Source of the DNA: an uncultured Lachnospiraceae bacterium | GTDB taxonomy: Bacteria; Bacillota; Clostridia; Lachnospirales; Lachnospiraceae | NCBI GenBank assembly: GCA_964369945.1 | Contig: CAYJHO010000005.1 | Coordinates: 1 to 63,673 of the forward strand | Length of the DNA: 63,673 nucleotides | Reading direction: 5' to 3' | Part shown: piece after piece, positions 55,703 to 63,673 of the stretch | Layout of the letters: each line of letters opens with the position of its first letter | How positions within the stretch are numbered: the stretch's first letter is position 1 | Notes under the pieces: model-generated | What the model was told of the DNA's origin: nothing | Seen by the model: only the letters and a program-made list of their open reading frames with translations | The model's database searches: none | Translations under genes and position numbers: made by a program

Positions 55703-56572
55703 ATGGAATTACAATATTATGAACAATATCTAGAAACGAAGGTGCATGCAGGGGCTGAATTCCCATATACAACCTATTTATGTTCGATTCCTAGAAGTTT
55801 CGTGCACGTTCCCTTACATTGGCATGAGGAGATAGAAGTTATTATTATCAAAAAAGGAATTTGCACGGTGCATTTAGATATGAAGGAGTATTTGATGAGA
55901 GAAGGGGATATCCTCCTGATTTTACCAGGTCAAATTCATGGGATTGATCAATATCAATTTGAAAAAGCTGAGTATGAAAATATCTTATTTAAAGAGGAGT
56001 TTGTGCTAGCAGAAAAAACTGGGATACTTTATGATTATTTAGTGCCACTATTTCGTTTAAAGAGAAAAATACCCTGCATTTATAGGAAAGAGCTTTCTTA
56101 TTATGACAGTTTATATCATTGTATTAAGAAAGTTGACGATATGAGTGATCGTAGGGGAGAGTTTTATGAATTGAGATTAAAAAGTCTATGGCTAGAATTT
56201 TTCTATTATATACTTTCTGAGAATAGGCAGCAACAAAAAGTAGAAGCACCGAGTTTTGACCTGAATCGGAGTAAGTTAATATTAGATTATATTCATCAAA
56301 ATTTTGGTGAGGCAATCAATCCTAACACCGCAGCAGCACACTTAAATATTAGTAGTTCCCATTTTATGAAATTATTCAAACAGCAGTTTGGGACTAGCTT
56401 TATACAGTATATTAATGAATATCGATTAAATGTTAGCACACGTTTATTGCAAACTACTACAAAATCAGTGACAGAAATAGCAATGTTTTGTGGATTTTCT
56501 AGTAGTACTTATTATAACCGTTTATTTTACAAGAAATATGGACTTACCCCTAGCCAATTTAGAAAAGAATAA
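55703..56572 (+). CDS. AraC-family transcriptional regulator (cupin N-domain)
   Basis: The N-terminal cupin is HWHEEIEVIII. The C-terminal double helix-turn-helix is TEIAMFCGFSSSTYYNRLFYKKYGLTPSQFR. Confidence 0.85.
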   Translation: MELQYYEQYLETKVHAGAEFPYTTYLCSIPRSFVHVPLHWHEEIEVIIIKKGICTVHLDMKEYLMREGDILLILPGQIHGIDQYQFEKAEYENILFKEEFVLAEKTGILYDYLVPLFRLKRKIPCIYRKELSYYDSLYHCIKKVDDMSDRRGEFYELRLKSLWLEFFYYILSENRQQQKVEAPSFDLNRSKLILDYIHQNFGEAINPNTAAAHLNISSSHFMKLFKQQFGTSFIQYINEYRLNVSTRLLQTTTKSVTEIAMFCGFSSSTYYNRLFYKKYGLTPSQFRKE

Positions 56573-56651
56573 ATCTATGAATTGTATTGTTTTCAATTTA
56601 AATAGTTTGTAGTATAATGAACGTATATTTAGAAAATTAATATGTTATGTA

Positions 56652-57593
56652 ATGAGAATGGAAAGGTTTGGAAACAGTTTGGAGTTAGCAGTTGTATTAT
56701 TAAGGCAGAATACCATCATGGTCATGTATGGGATTATTGGATATATTTTATTTAAAAGAAAATTAGTAACAAATGTTGGAAGTGGAGAATTTGGAAAGTT
56801 ATTGTTATATGCAGTGATGCCTATGGTAATATTAAATGCATATTCCATGCCTTTTTCTATGGAGTTATTGCGAGGCGTGGCAATTTCGGCTCTGTTGGCA
56901 GCTTTATGTCTTGGGATTTCCATGTTAGTTTCTAGGGTAGCATTCAAACATCATCCCATTGAAAATTTTGGAACCGCATTTTCAAACGCAGGATTTATTG
57001 GGATTCCTCTAGTGCAGGCTAGTTTGGGAGATGAGGCTGTTTTGTATGTCTCCTCCTATGTAGCTTTCTTAACTATTTTGCAGTGGACCTATGGTGTATT
57101 TGTTATTACAAAAGACAAGCATTATATTTCACCGAAAAAGATTATTACAAGTCCAGTTGTAATCAGCTTGCTACTAGGATTGAGTTTGTTTGTCTTCTCG
57201 ATTGAATTACCTACAGTCATGACAACGGTGATAAAATCAGTAAGTGCAATGAATGGACCATTAGCAATGATTATTATGGGAAGCTATTTGGCACAAATGC
57301 CAATAAAAGAGATTGCCAAGGGGAAGGTAGTGTATACTTGCGCCTTGGTACGCCTAGTTGTAATCCCTGTCATTTGCTTGGCAGTGTTAAGTCTACTACC
57401 GAAGGACTATGAAATGATTAAAATGACTTTGTTAATCGTTGCAGCAGCACCTGTTGGAGCCAACGTATCTATTTTTGCCCAGGCGCATGGAAAGGATTAC
57501 TTGCGTTCTGTTAAGATTGTATGCTTTACCACTATTTGTTGTATCATAACATTGCCACTCACTGTGTTACTTGCATCGATGCTTTGGTCATAG
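56652..57593 (+). CDS. AEC (auxin efflux carrier) family transporter. The start codon is uncertain.
   Basis: The protein has about 10 TM helices and contains GFIGIPLVQASLGDEA, typical of the AEC family. No good RBS precedes either candidate ATG (56652 or 56658). Confidence 0.7.
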   Translation: MRMERFGNSLELAVVLLRQNTIMVMYGIIGYILFKRKLVTNVGSGEFGKLLLYAVMPMVILNAYSMPFSMELLRGVAISALLAALCLGISMLVSRVAFKHHPIENFGTAFSNAGFIGIPLVQASLGDEAVLYVSSYVAFLTILQWTYGVFVITKDKHYISPKKIITSPVVISLLLGLSLFVFSIELPTVMTTVIKSVSAMNGPLAMIIMGSYLAQMPIKEIAKGKVVYTCALVRLVVIPVICLAVLSLLPKDYEMIKMTLLIVAAAPVGANVSIFAQAHGKDYLRSVKIVCFTTICCIITLPLTVLLASMLWS

Positions 57594-57607
57594 AATGGAG
57601 AGTGTAT

Positions 57608-57985
57608 ATGTTTGAGCTATTAAAGGAAAAAGTGAAATTATCTAGATTACCTAGTATATATAAAGAAAAATTACTATATGACTTATCACAGATAGAAGCG
57701 AGTGGGTTAGAGGGTTTACAATCCATTATTCTTTTTGGAAGTGGAGCAAGAAATGAGCTGCGAGTTGGAAGTGATTTGGATTTACTGTTGATCAGTGAAG
57801 AGACCGTGTTAAAGGAAGTGAGAGCTGAGTTATCTAGCAATTTAGCCGAAGAAAGAAAGGGAGTTGGGACAGATATAATATTTTACAGTAAAAAGGAGTA
57901 TCAAGAATCAAATTGTTTACTGGTAAGACAAATTAAAGCAGAGGGAATTGTGTTGTGGGAGAAAGGGGGAACCAATGAAGCATAA
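57608..57985 (+). CDS. Minimal nucleotidyltransferase (MNT) domain protein
   Basis: The Pol-beta-type NTase motif is LFGSGARNELRVGSDLDLLLIS. GGAGAG precedes the ATG at 57608. The protein is 125 aa. Confidence 0.75.
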   Translation: MFELLKEKVKLSRLPSIYKEKLLYDLSQIEASGLEGLQSIILFGSGARNELRVGSDLDLLLISEETVLKEVRAELSSNLAEERKGVGTDIIFYSKKEYQESNCLLVRQIKAEGIVLWEKGGTNEA

Positions 57986-58418
57986 GCTGAATTCATATTT
58001 AGGAATGGCAGAGAATGATTATCTCTATGCGAAAGCAGGTTTAGAAATTTGTAAAAGTTTAGGAAACTATAATGCAGTAGCATCCGGTTGTGCCCAGGCT
58101 TGTGAGAAGTATCTAAAGGCATTAGCAGAGCTTTGTTTATTGGACCACCCAGATGCGATTTCGATCCTTCGGAGTCACAATTTACGCACTATAGTCAATG
58201 CCATCAAGGAAAAGGTTCCAGGAATTTCACTTAATAGCAAAGATTGTAAGTGGATAGGAGATTACTATTTTGAAGCAAGGTATCCTGGCGATAATTTTGT
58301 ACAAGTAAGTGAAGAAGATGGATTAGAATGTATTCGAATTACAGAAGATATTCGTGAAGTAATATCAGATGCAATAGAAGAAGTAGAAAGAAAGCGAAGA
58401 GAACAAAATATATTTTAG
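57975..58418 (+). CDS. HEPN-domain protein (PF05168-like), partner of the MNT gene
   Basis: The 147-aa all-helical ORF contains AENDYLYAK, RSHNL and YYFEARYP, characteristic of the HEPN proteins found next to minimal NTases. Its start overlaps the MNT stop by 11 nt. Confidence 0.65.
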   Translation: MKHKLNSYLGMAENDYLYAKAGLEICKSLGNYNAVASGCAQACEKYLKALAELCLLDHPDAISILRSHNLRTIVNAIKEKVPGISLNSKDCKWIGDYYFEARYPGDNFVQVSEEDGLECIRITEDIREVISDAIEEVERKRREQNIF

Positions 58419-58456
58419 TATGTGAAAATTCATGAGAAGAACATAGGAGGTGTAGT

Positions 58457-59806
58457 TTGGAAAAACAAAAAGGTTTAGTAAAGGCAAATACGGTTTTAAA
58501 GGCAAACAAGTGGGTGTTAGGAGTCGGTGGAGTTCTCTACTCGATTCTCTACTTTGTATCGGTTGGTATTTTGCAAGGATTAGGTTTAGTTCTCGTACTT
58601 TCTGCTTTAATAGGGACAACTACCTATTTAGAGAAAAAGGGGAATGAGAGAGCAGCAATTTATCTACTGACTTTTGTACAACTTGGGGTAGCGATTGTTT
58701 TTGGTTTGATGTCTTTGGATGTAGCAGGTGGTTTCACCTTGTTTTCTGCAGTCATTGCATTAAATGCATTGTATTACATTAAGAATATTGTAGTGATTCA
58801 ATGGGGAATCATCAATGCTTATATTTTCATTTCATTACTCTTCTATGATATTTTGTATGCAGGGATAGATAGTTCCTTTTTAGTGCGATCTATTTTAGGG
58901 TTAAACTTTACGATTCTTCTGATTTATTTTATGTTGGACTGGGGAATCAAAGCTCAACAGGTACAAGCTAAGAATACAAAAGAAATGGAAGTATTATTGG
59001 AAAAGTTGGAAGTTCAAATGGCAGAAGGCGATGCGAGTGCACAAACGAGAGCCAATATTATTCAAGAAGTAGCTACTAGATCTGGAAATCTAAGTACTAC
59101 ATCAGATCGTATGGTGCAAATTGCCCATGCCCTAAGCAATGGTGCTGATCATCAAGCAGATGTAGTAGAAGAGTTGACAACACTTAGCACTTATGTAACA
59201 AAAGAAATGCATGGAGCGAAGGATTATGCTTCTCAATGTAGAACCATGGCAATAGATAGTGCAGATAAGTTAGAAAAGAATAATGAGAAGATGAGCAAAA
59301 TCGTAGAAGCTATTATGGAAATCGAGAAATCAAGCGAGCAAATCATTGGGATTATCAAAAGTATCGAAGACATTGCTTTCCAAACTAATTTACTTGCATT
59401 GAATGCTTCTATCGAAGCGGCAAGAGCAGGTAGTGCAGGAAAAGGTTTTGCAGTCGTAGCAGAAGAGGTAAGAACGCTAGCAAGTAAGAGTTCACAAGCA
59501 GCCAGTGATAGTGCTGTACTCATTGATTCTTCCATTGAGAATGTTCAAAATGGTGCAAGATTAGTAAAAGAAGCAGCAGAGAATATGAATGAGGTAATAC
59601 AATATTCAAATGCAACCACAGATAGTATTAATCAAATCGATGATATGATTACAGAACAGTCACAAAACGTTGAAAATATGTTAGCAAGGGTACAAGAGAT
59701 ATCTCACGAAGTTTCACAAACTAGAATTGCTGCGGGAGAGAGCAATGAAATAGCCAGTGAGATTTCTACAGAAATTCAATATATTAACAAAGCAATTTCG
59801 AATTAG
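58457..59806 (+). CDS. Methyl-accepting chemotaxis protein with a multi-TM N-terminal module and no periplasmic sensor
   Basis: About 6 TM helices are followed directly by an MCP signalling domain ([20 protein letters not shown]). It uses a TTG start 6 nt after AGGAGG. Confidence 0.85.
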   Translation: MEKQKGLVKANTVLKANKWVLGVGGVLYSILYFVSVGILQGLGLVLVLSALIGTTTYLEKKGNERAAIYLLTFVQLGVAIVFGLMSLDVAGGFTLFSAVIALNALYYIKNIVVIQWGIINAYIFISLLFYDILYAGIDSSFLVRSILGLNFTILLIYFMLDWGIKAQQVQAKNTKEMEVLLEKLEVQMAEGDASAQTRANIIQEVATRSGNLSTTSDRMVQIAHALSNGADHQADVVEELTTLSTYVTKEMHGAKDYASQCRTMAIDSADKLEKNNEKMSKIVEAIMEIEKSSEQIIGIIKSIEDIAFQTNLLALNASIEAARAGSAGKGFAVVAEEVRTLASKSSQAASDSAVLIDSSIENVQNGARLVKEAAENMNEVIQYSNATTDSINQIDDMITEQSQNVENMLARVQEISHEVSQTRIAAGESNEIASEISTEIQYINKAISN

Positions 59807-59838
59807 TAAGAAAAGTTTATCATTTTAGGGAGGCAATT

Positions 59839-61473
59839 ATGGGGTATTATGATTTCTATTTGGCGAGTTCACTGGAAAAGGTATTTCCAGATGAAAGACC
59901 AGCAGAGTGGAGAGAAGAGAAGGTAAAACTATTAGCATCTGGGAGGCTAAGTTTTCAGTTGGTTTATTTTGGTAGCGATTTAAATCGTGTGGGATGGAAT
60001 CAAGTTTTTAAAGTTGAAGTAAAGAGTGGAGCAAAGCATCGAATTAGAACAGTAGAATTAATCCCAAGTGAATTACCAGCATGGCCTCATAGGGATAGAT
60101 ACTATCTAAGGACTACTCCAGGATTGTATCCTGACTTATTAAAGCCAAGTGATGGCACAATTAAGATTTTAGAAGAGCAGTATAGAAGTTTATGGATTGA
60201 TATTAGTTATGAAGAGGCTGGAAAATTTCCTTTGGAAATCACAGTGAAAAACAATGCAGGGGAGCAATGCTTTTCTAGACAAATCGAAGTAGAGGTGTTA
60301 GGGGAAGCATTACCAGAGCAGTCTTTATTACATACACAGTGGTATCACAGCGATGGAATGGCAGCCTATTATGGTTATGATATTTTGTCCGATAAATTTT
60401 GGGAAACGACAGAAAGCTTTATCCGCTTTGCTGGAGAAGAAGCAAGGATAAATATGTTGTTAACTCCAATTTTTACTCCTGCCCTAGATACTGAGGTTGG
60501 TGGGGAGAGAACTACAGTTCAATTGGTGCAAATTAAGAAAGAAAATGGAATTTATAGCTTTAACTTTGATCACTTAAAGAAGTGGTGCGAACTTTGTAAT
60601 AAGTACGGAGTAACACATTTAGAAATAGCTCATTTATTTACCCAGTGGGGAGCTTATTTTACACCTAAGGTTATGGCACTAGTAGATGGGAAAGAGGAGA
60701 GAATCTTTGGATGGGATGTAAAAGCAAATTCTAAGGAATACCGTGAATTCTTAGAAGCTTTTATTCCAAGTTTATTAGAATTCTTGACACAGATGGGATA
60801 TACCAAGGATACTCTTAGGTTCCATGTATCAGATGAACCTTCTAGCGATCACTTAGAATCTTATTTAGAGGCAAAGAAGCAAGTGGCGGACTTGTTAGAA
60901 GGGTATATTATCATGGATGCCTTGAGTAATTATAGTTATTATGAGCAAGGGATTATAAAGCATCCAGTGCCAAGTAATGACCATGTACATGATTTTATTG
61001 GAAAGGGAGTAGAAGATTTGTGGGTTTACTATTGTTGTGCCCAATCAAAAGATGTTCCAAATCGCTTCTTCTCCATGCCTTCTTCTAGAAATAGAATTAT
61101 GGGAACTTTAATGTATTTATATGATATTAAAGGATTCTTACATTGGGGATATAACTTTTATAACTCACAGTTTTCTAAAATGCCAATTAATCCATTTATC
61201 GTAACAGATGCTGGAAGAGGGTTTGAATCTGGAGATGCCTTCTTAGTTTATCCAGGTCCTGATGGAGAAGTTTATAGCTCTATTCGAAATGAGGTACAAG
61301 TAGAAGGCATAGAAGATATCAGCTATTTGCAGGCATTAGAAAAGAAAAAAGGAAGAGCTTTTGTGGAAGAGTTGATCACAAAAGTATTTGGATATTATCC
61401 AACATTTAGCAATTATCCAGTAAGGGCTGAAGTTTTGCTTGAGTTGCGAAAAGCAGTAGCAGAGAATTTATAG
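59839..61473 (+). CDS. DUF4091-like glycoside-hydrolase-like protein
   Basis: The 544-aa cytoplasmic ORF has an overall pattern I associate with DUF4091 proteins (WYHSD, HVSDEP, FLHWGYNFY). The assignment is by resemblance only. Confidence 0.6.
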   Translation: MGYYDFYLASSLEKVFPDERPAEWREEKVKLLASGRLSFQLVYFGSDLNRVGWNQVFKVEVKSGAKHRIRTVELIPSELPAWPHRDRYYLRTTPGLYPDLLKPSDGTIKILEEQYRSLWIDISYEEAGKFPLEITVKNNAGEQCFSRQIEVEVLGEALPEQSLLHTQWYHSDGMAAYYGYDILSDKFWETTESFIRFAGEEARINMLLTPIFTPALDTEVGGERTTVQLVQIKKENGIYSFNFDHLKKWCELCNKYGVTHLEIAHLFTQWGAYFTPKVMALVDGKEERIFGWDVKANSKEYREFLEAFIPSLLEFLTQMGYTKDTLRFHVSDEPSSDHLESYLEAKKQVADLLEGYIIMDALSNYSYYEQGIIKHPVPSNDHVHDFIGKGVEDLWVYYCCAQSKDVPNRFFSMPSSRNRIMGTLMYLYDIKGFLHWGYNFYNSQFSKMPINPFIVTDAGRGFESGDAFLVYPGPDGEVYSSIRNEVQVEGIEDISYLQALEKKKGRAFVEELITKVFGYYPTFSNYPVRAEVLLELRKAVAENL

Positions 61474-61474
61474 A

Positions 61475-61524
61475 AGGAAAATCCAGAGCCTTAAAAGTAA
61501 GGGTTCTAGATTCCGAGAGTATAT
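61475..61524 (+). repeat. Dispersed intergenic element, 3'-half copy C
   Basis: AAGGAAAATCCAGAGCCTTAAAAGTAAGGGTTCTAGATTCCGAGAGTATAT aligns with the 3' half of copies A and B. The hairpin is retained and the copy ends 23 nt before the ATG at 61547. Confidence 0.65.
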
Positions 61525-61546
61525 TATTTACATAGGAGGAGAAGTA

Positions 61547-62224
61547 ATGGAATATCGTATCGTAGGAGATAGCCTTCCAGCAGTTATATGTGATTTAGAA
61601 GGTGGAGAAACAATGATTACAGAGAGTGGTGCCATGAGTTGGATGACACCTAATATGAAGATGGAAACTACTGGTGGTGGTATTGGAAAGATGTTAGGAA
61701 GAGCACTATCAGGAGATACCATTTTCCAAAACAGATATACAGCAGAAGGTGGTAAGGGACAAATTGCTTTTTCTAGTAGTTTCCCAGGCTGTATCAAAGC
61801 GATGGAAGTAACACCAGGAAAAGGGATGATTCTTCAAAAATCTGCATTTATGGCAAGTACAAGTGGGGTGGAATTATCGATGCACTTTAAGGGGAAAGTG
61901 GGAACTGGACTCTTTGGTGGAGAAGGTTTCATTATGCAGAAAGTAAGCGGTACTGGTGTAGTGTTTGTTGAGATTGATGGTCATGCAGAAGAATATACCT
62001 TAGAGGCTGGTCAATCACTTGTAGTGGATACTGGTTGTTTGGCAGCAATGGAAGAATCGTGTACCATGGAAATTAAGACAGTTCCAGGGGTAAAGAATAT
62101 GGTATTTGGTGGAGAAGGAGTATTTAATACCGTGGTATCTGGACCAGGTAGAGTTTGGCTACAAACAATGCCAATTTCTGGTGTGGCAGCAGTATTAAAG
62201 CCGTTTTTCCCTGCATCAAGATAA
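61547..62224 (+). CDS. TIGR00266 / AIM24-family protein
   Basis: The ORF contains MEYRIVGDSLPAVICDLEGGETMITESGAMSWM, GGEGF and FGGEG, typical of the DUF124/AIM24 family. Confidence 0.8.
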   Translation: MEYRIVGDSLPAVICDLEGGETMITESGAMSWMTPNMKMETTGGGIGKMLGRALSGDTIFQNRYTAEGGKGQIAFSSSFPGCIKAMEVTPGKGMILQKSAFMASTSGVELSMHFKGKVGTGLFGGEGFIMQKVSGTGVVFVEIDGHAEEYTLEAGQSLVVDTGCLAAMEESCTMEIKTVPGVKNMVFGGEGVFNTVVSGPGRVWLQTMPISGVAAVLKPFFPASR

Positions 62225-62247
62225 AGATAAGTTAAATAAATGAGAAT

Positions 62248-62299
62248 ATAGCCACAAGGTAGCATATAAATTATATATACTGTCTTGTGGCTATTTTTT
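62248..62299 (+). terminator. Intrinsic terminator after the AIM24-family gene
   Basis: ATAGCCACAAG...CTTGTGGCTAT forms an 11-bp stem with a long AT loop and is followed by TTTTTT. Confidence 0.7.
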
Positions 62300-62350
62300 A
62301 TGTAAAGATATTTGAGTGAATGAAAAATCTGACAATTACAGTCCAGAATG

Positions 62351-62379
62351 TTGTTAAGTTAGAAAAAATGTGCTAGAAT
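62351..62379 (+). promoter_or_regulatory. Sigma-A promoter TTGTTA-N17-TAGAAT (with TGn) for the patatin gene
   Basis: TTGTTA lies at 62351-62356 and TGCTAGAAT at 62371-62379, with a 17-nt spacer. Confidence 0.55.
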
Positions 62380-62402
62380 TAGATAAAAAGGGAGGGTATC
62401 AC

Positions 62403-63644
62403 ATGAGTATTTTAGAGAATAAGGAAATTGTAAAGCTTACTAAGTTATTGAATGAAAATCATGAAAATAGAAGTTATTTGGTTTCGGATATCATTCTAGA
62501 GGAAAATGGAAAGGAATATCAGTTTGTAGATCTAGTGTTAGAGGGTGGAGGTACTCTAGGGATAGCTCTTGTAGGGTATATATATGCCTTAGAACAAGCA
62601 GGAATACGTTTCCTTAGTGTAGGAGGAAGTTCTGTAGGAGCTATTGTTTCAACTATTCTAGCTTCTTTTGGAGATATCACAGAGGAGAAAGGAAAAAAAT
62701 TAACTAATATTGTTTCTACTATGGATATGGGCTCCTTTGTAGATGGTAGTTATTTCCCTAGAAAGCTCTCTCATTATTTAGGGGCAGAAGGGGATAAGAG
62801 TAAGTTGAAAATCGGTGCTTTGTCTGTATTATCATTACCTGCACTTTTTAAACGTTTAGGATTAAATCCAGGGAATGAGTTTTTTGAATGGTTTAGCGCT
62901 TGTTTAAAGGAAGAGAATATATACAGTACAGAAGATATCGAAAAGATATTAGCAAAGGTGCCCTCTGATTTGATACATCGGAGCAAGGGAAAAGATTTTC
63001 GTTATCCAAAACCAAAGTTGAAAGTGGTAGCAGCAGATTTAACGACTACTACTAAGACTGTATTTCCAGAGATGGCAGATTTATACTGGGAGGATCCATC
63101 GGTAGTTAATCCTGCTCATTATGTAAGGGCGTCCATGTCGATTCCATTCTTTTTTGAACCGATGAATATTACCAAGGTTTCAGAAATCAAGGATGTGAAG
63201 CAACGTTGGAAAAGGGTGGCTAATTTTTATGGAAACATTCCTGATAAGGTGTTGTTTACAGACGGCGGGATGATTTCTAACTTCCCAATTTCTATCTTTC
63301 ACTTAAATGGAGTTCCTAACGCACCGACTCTTGGAGTTCGATTAGGGACAAATGTAAGAAACTTTTGTAGTATAGCTTCTATGGTAGGTTATATCTCTAG
63401 TGTAATTAGTTCCTTACGCTTTGATAGTGATTACGAATTTATTTATAAGAACCCTGACTATAATAAATTAATTGCTTATATAGATACTAGAGGGCACAAT
63501 TGGCTTAATTTTGCTATGAGTGATACAGAAAAGGAAGAATTGTTTATAAAGGGAATGTTAACTGCATTAGATTTTCTAGAGAATTTTGACTGGGAAGGAT
63601 ATAAGAAAATTAGAAAAGAAGGTTTGGAGTACTATATTTTATAA
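62403..63644 (+). CDS. Patatin-like phospholipase
   Basis: The oxyanion motif is EGGGTLG, the nucleophile motif is GGSSVGA (GxSxG) and the catalytic Asp motif is TDGGMISNFP. AAGGGAGGG precedes the ATG at 62403. Confidence 0.85.
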   Translation: MSILENKEIVKLTKLLNENHENRSYLVSDIILEENGKEYQFVDLVLEGGGTLGIALVGYIYALEQAGIRFLSVGGSSVGAIVSTILASFGDITEEKGKKLTNIVSTMDMGSFVDGSYFPRKLSHYLGAEGDKSKLKIGALSVLSLPALFKRLGLNPGNEFFEWFSACLKEENIYSTEDIEKILAKVPSDLIHRSKGKDFRYPKPKLKVVAADLTTTTKTVFPEMADLYWEDPSVVNPAHYVRASMSIPFFFEPMNITKVSEIKDVKQRWKRVANFYGNIPDKVLFTDGGMISNFPISIFHLNGVPNAPTLGVRLGTNVRNFCSIASMVGYISSVISSLRFDSDYEFIYKNPDYNKLIAYIDTRGHNWLNFAMSDTEKEELFIKGMLTALDFLENFDWEGYKKIRKEGLEYYIL

Positions 63645-63673
63645 TAAACGAAAAGTTCCTGCTATGATCTGCT

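Noticed and set aside
20064-59535. Numerous 60-130-aa antisense ORFs inside large genes, for example 20064-20378, 28460-28798, 35533-35841, 42441-42839, 51090-51461 and 59233-59535.
   Set aside because: Each lies wholly within a well-supported gene on the opposite strand. None has an RBS, and their composition is biased. They are typical shadow ORFs.
18759-61524. The three similar intergenic repeats as a CRISPR array or a tandem repeat.
   Set aside because: The copies are 7 kb and 35 kb apart, each in a different intergenic region. There is no regular repeat-spacer structure and there are no cas genes.
61547-63644. The AIM24-family gene and the patatin gene as a two-gene system.
   Set aside because: A terminator (62248-62299) and an independent promoter (62351-62379) separate them. 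I know of no functional link between the two families.

Overview
This is a low-GC Firmicutes chromosomal segment. It is most likely from a spore-forming member of the Clostridia, inferred from spoVG, spoVT, ytaF and the pth-mfd synteny. Nearly all of it is ordinary, densely packed housekeeping and carbohydrate-metabolism DNA.

Gene content from left to right:
- The 3' part of a tRNA-Phe gene.
- A five-gene polyamine operon: speA, speE, speB, then carboxyspermidine dehydrogenase and decarboxylase.
- On the minus strand, prs, a dnaI-like gene, a DnaD-domain gene and murC.
- Small uncharacterised genes (DUF4367-like, a secreted protein, DUF2325, YgjP-like).
- glgC-glgD, then spoVG, pth, mfd, a dCMP deaminase and a DUF815 ATPase.
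- A partial cobalamin set (cobO, cbiB, cobD), a NahK-like kinase and spoVT.
- A YfhO membrane protein, ytaF and a MATE pump.
- A LacI regulator with a domain-permuted GH3 beta-glucosidase.
- A stress and resistance islet: TetR with FtsH, HxlR with an FMN-binding protein, TetR with a P1B-ATPase, and an Lsa-type ABC-F gene.
- A LacI-malQ-glgP maltodextrin locus, two chemoreceptors, a cyclophilin, a GH13 enzyme, an AraC regulator and an AEC transporter.
- A nucleotidyltransferase/HEPN pair, a DUF4091 protein, an AIM24-family protein and a patatin-like phospholipase.

I found no CRISPR array, no rRNA, and no transposase, integrase or phage genes. I see no convincing new multi-gene system such as a defence island.

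The observations most worth a second look are non-coding:
1. A roughly 109-nt structured intergenic element. Two full copies and one half copy are present, each ending 20-25 nt upstream of a start codon. One copy is fused to a 19-bp terminal-inverted-repeat module.
2. A complete promoter, leader-peptide, antiterminator and terminator attenuator upstream of the Lsa-like ABC-F gene. Its promoter abuts a truncated GNAT-like ORF.
3. A cluster of DnaA-box-like repeats in front of the dnaD/dnaI operon.
4. A terminator overlapped by a mini-ORF in the polyamine operon leader.

All functional calls come from my own reading of the translated motifs. No database search was run.
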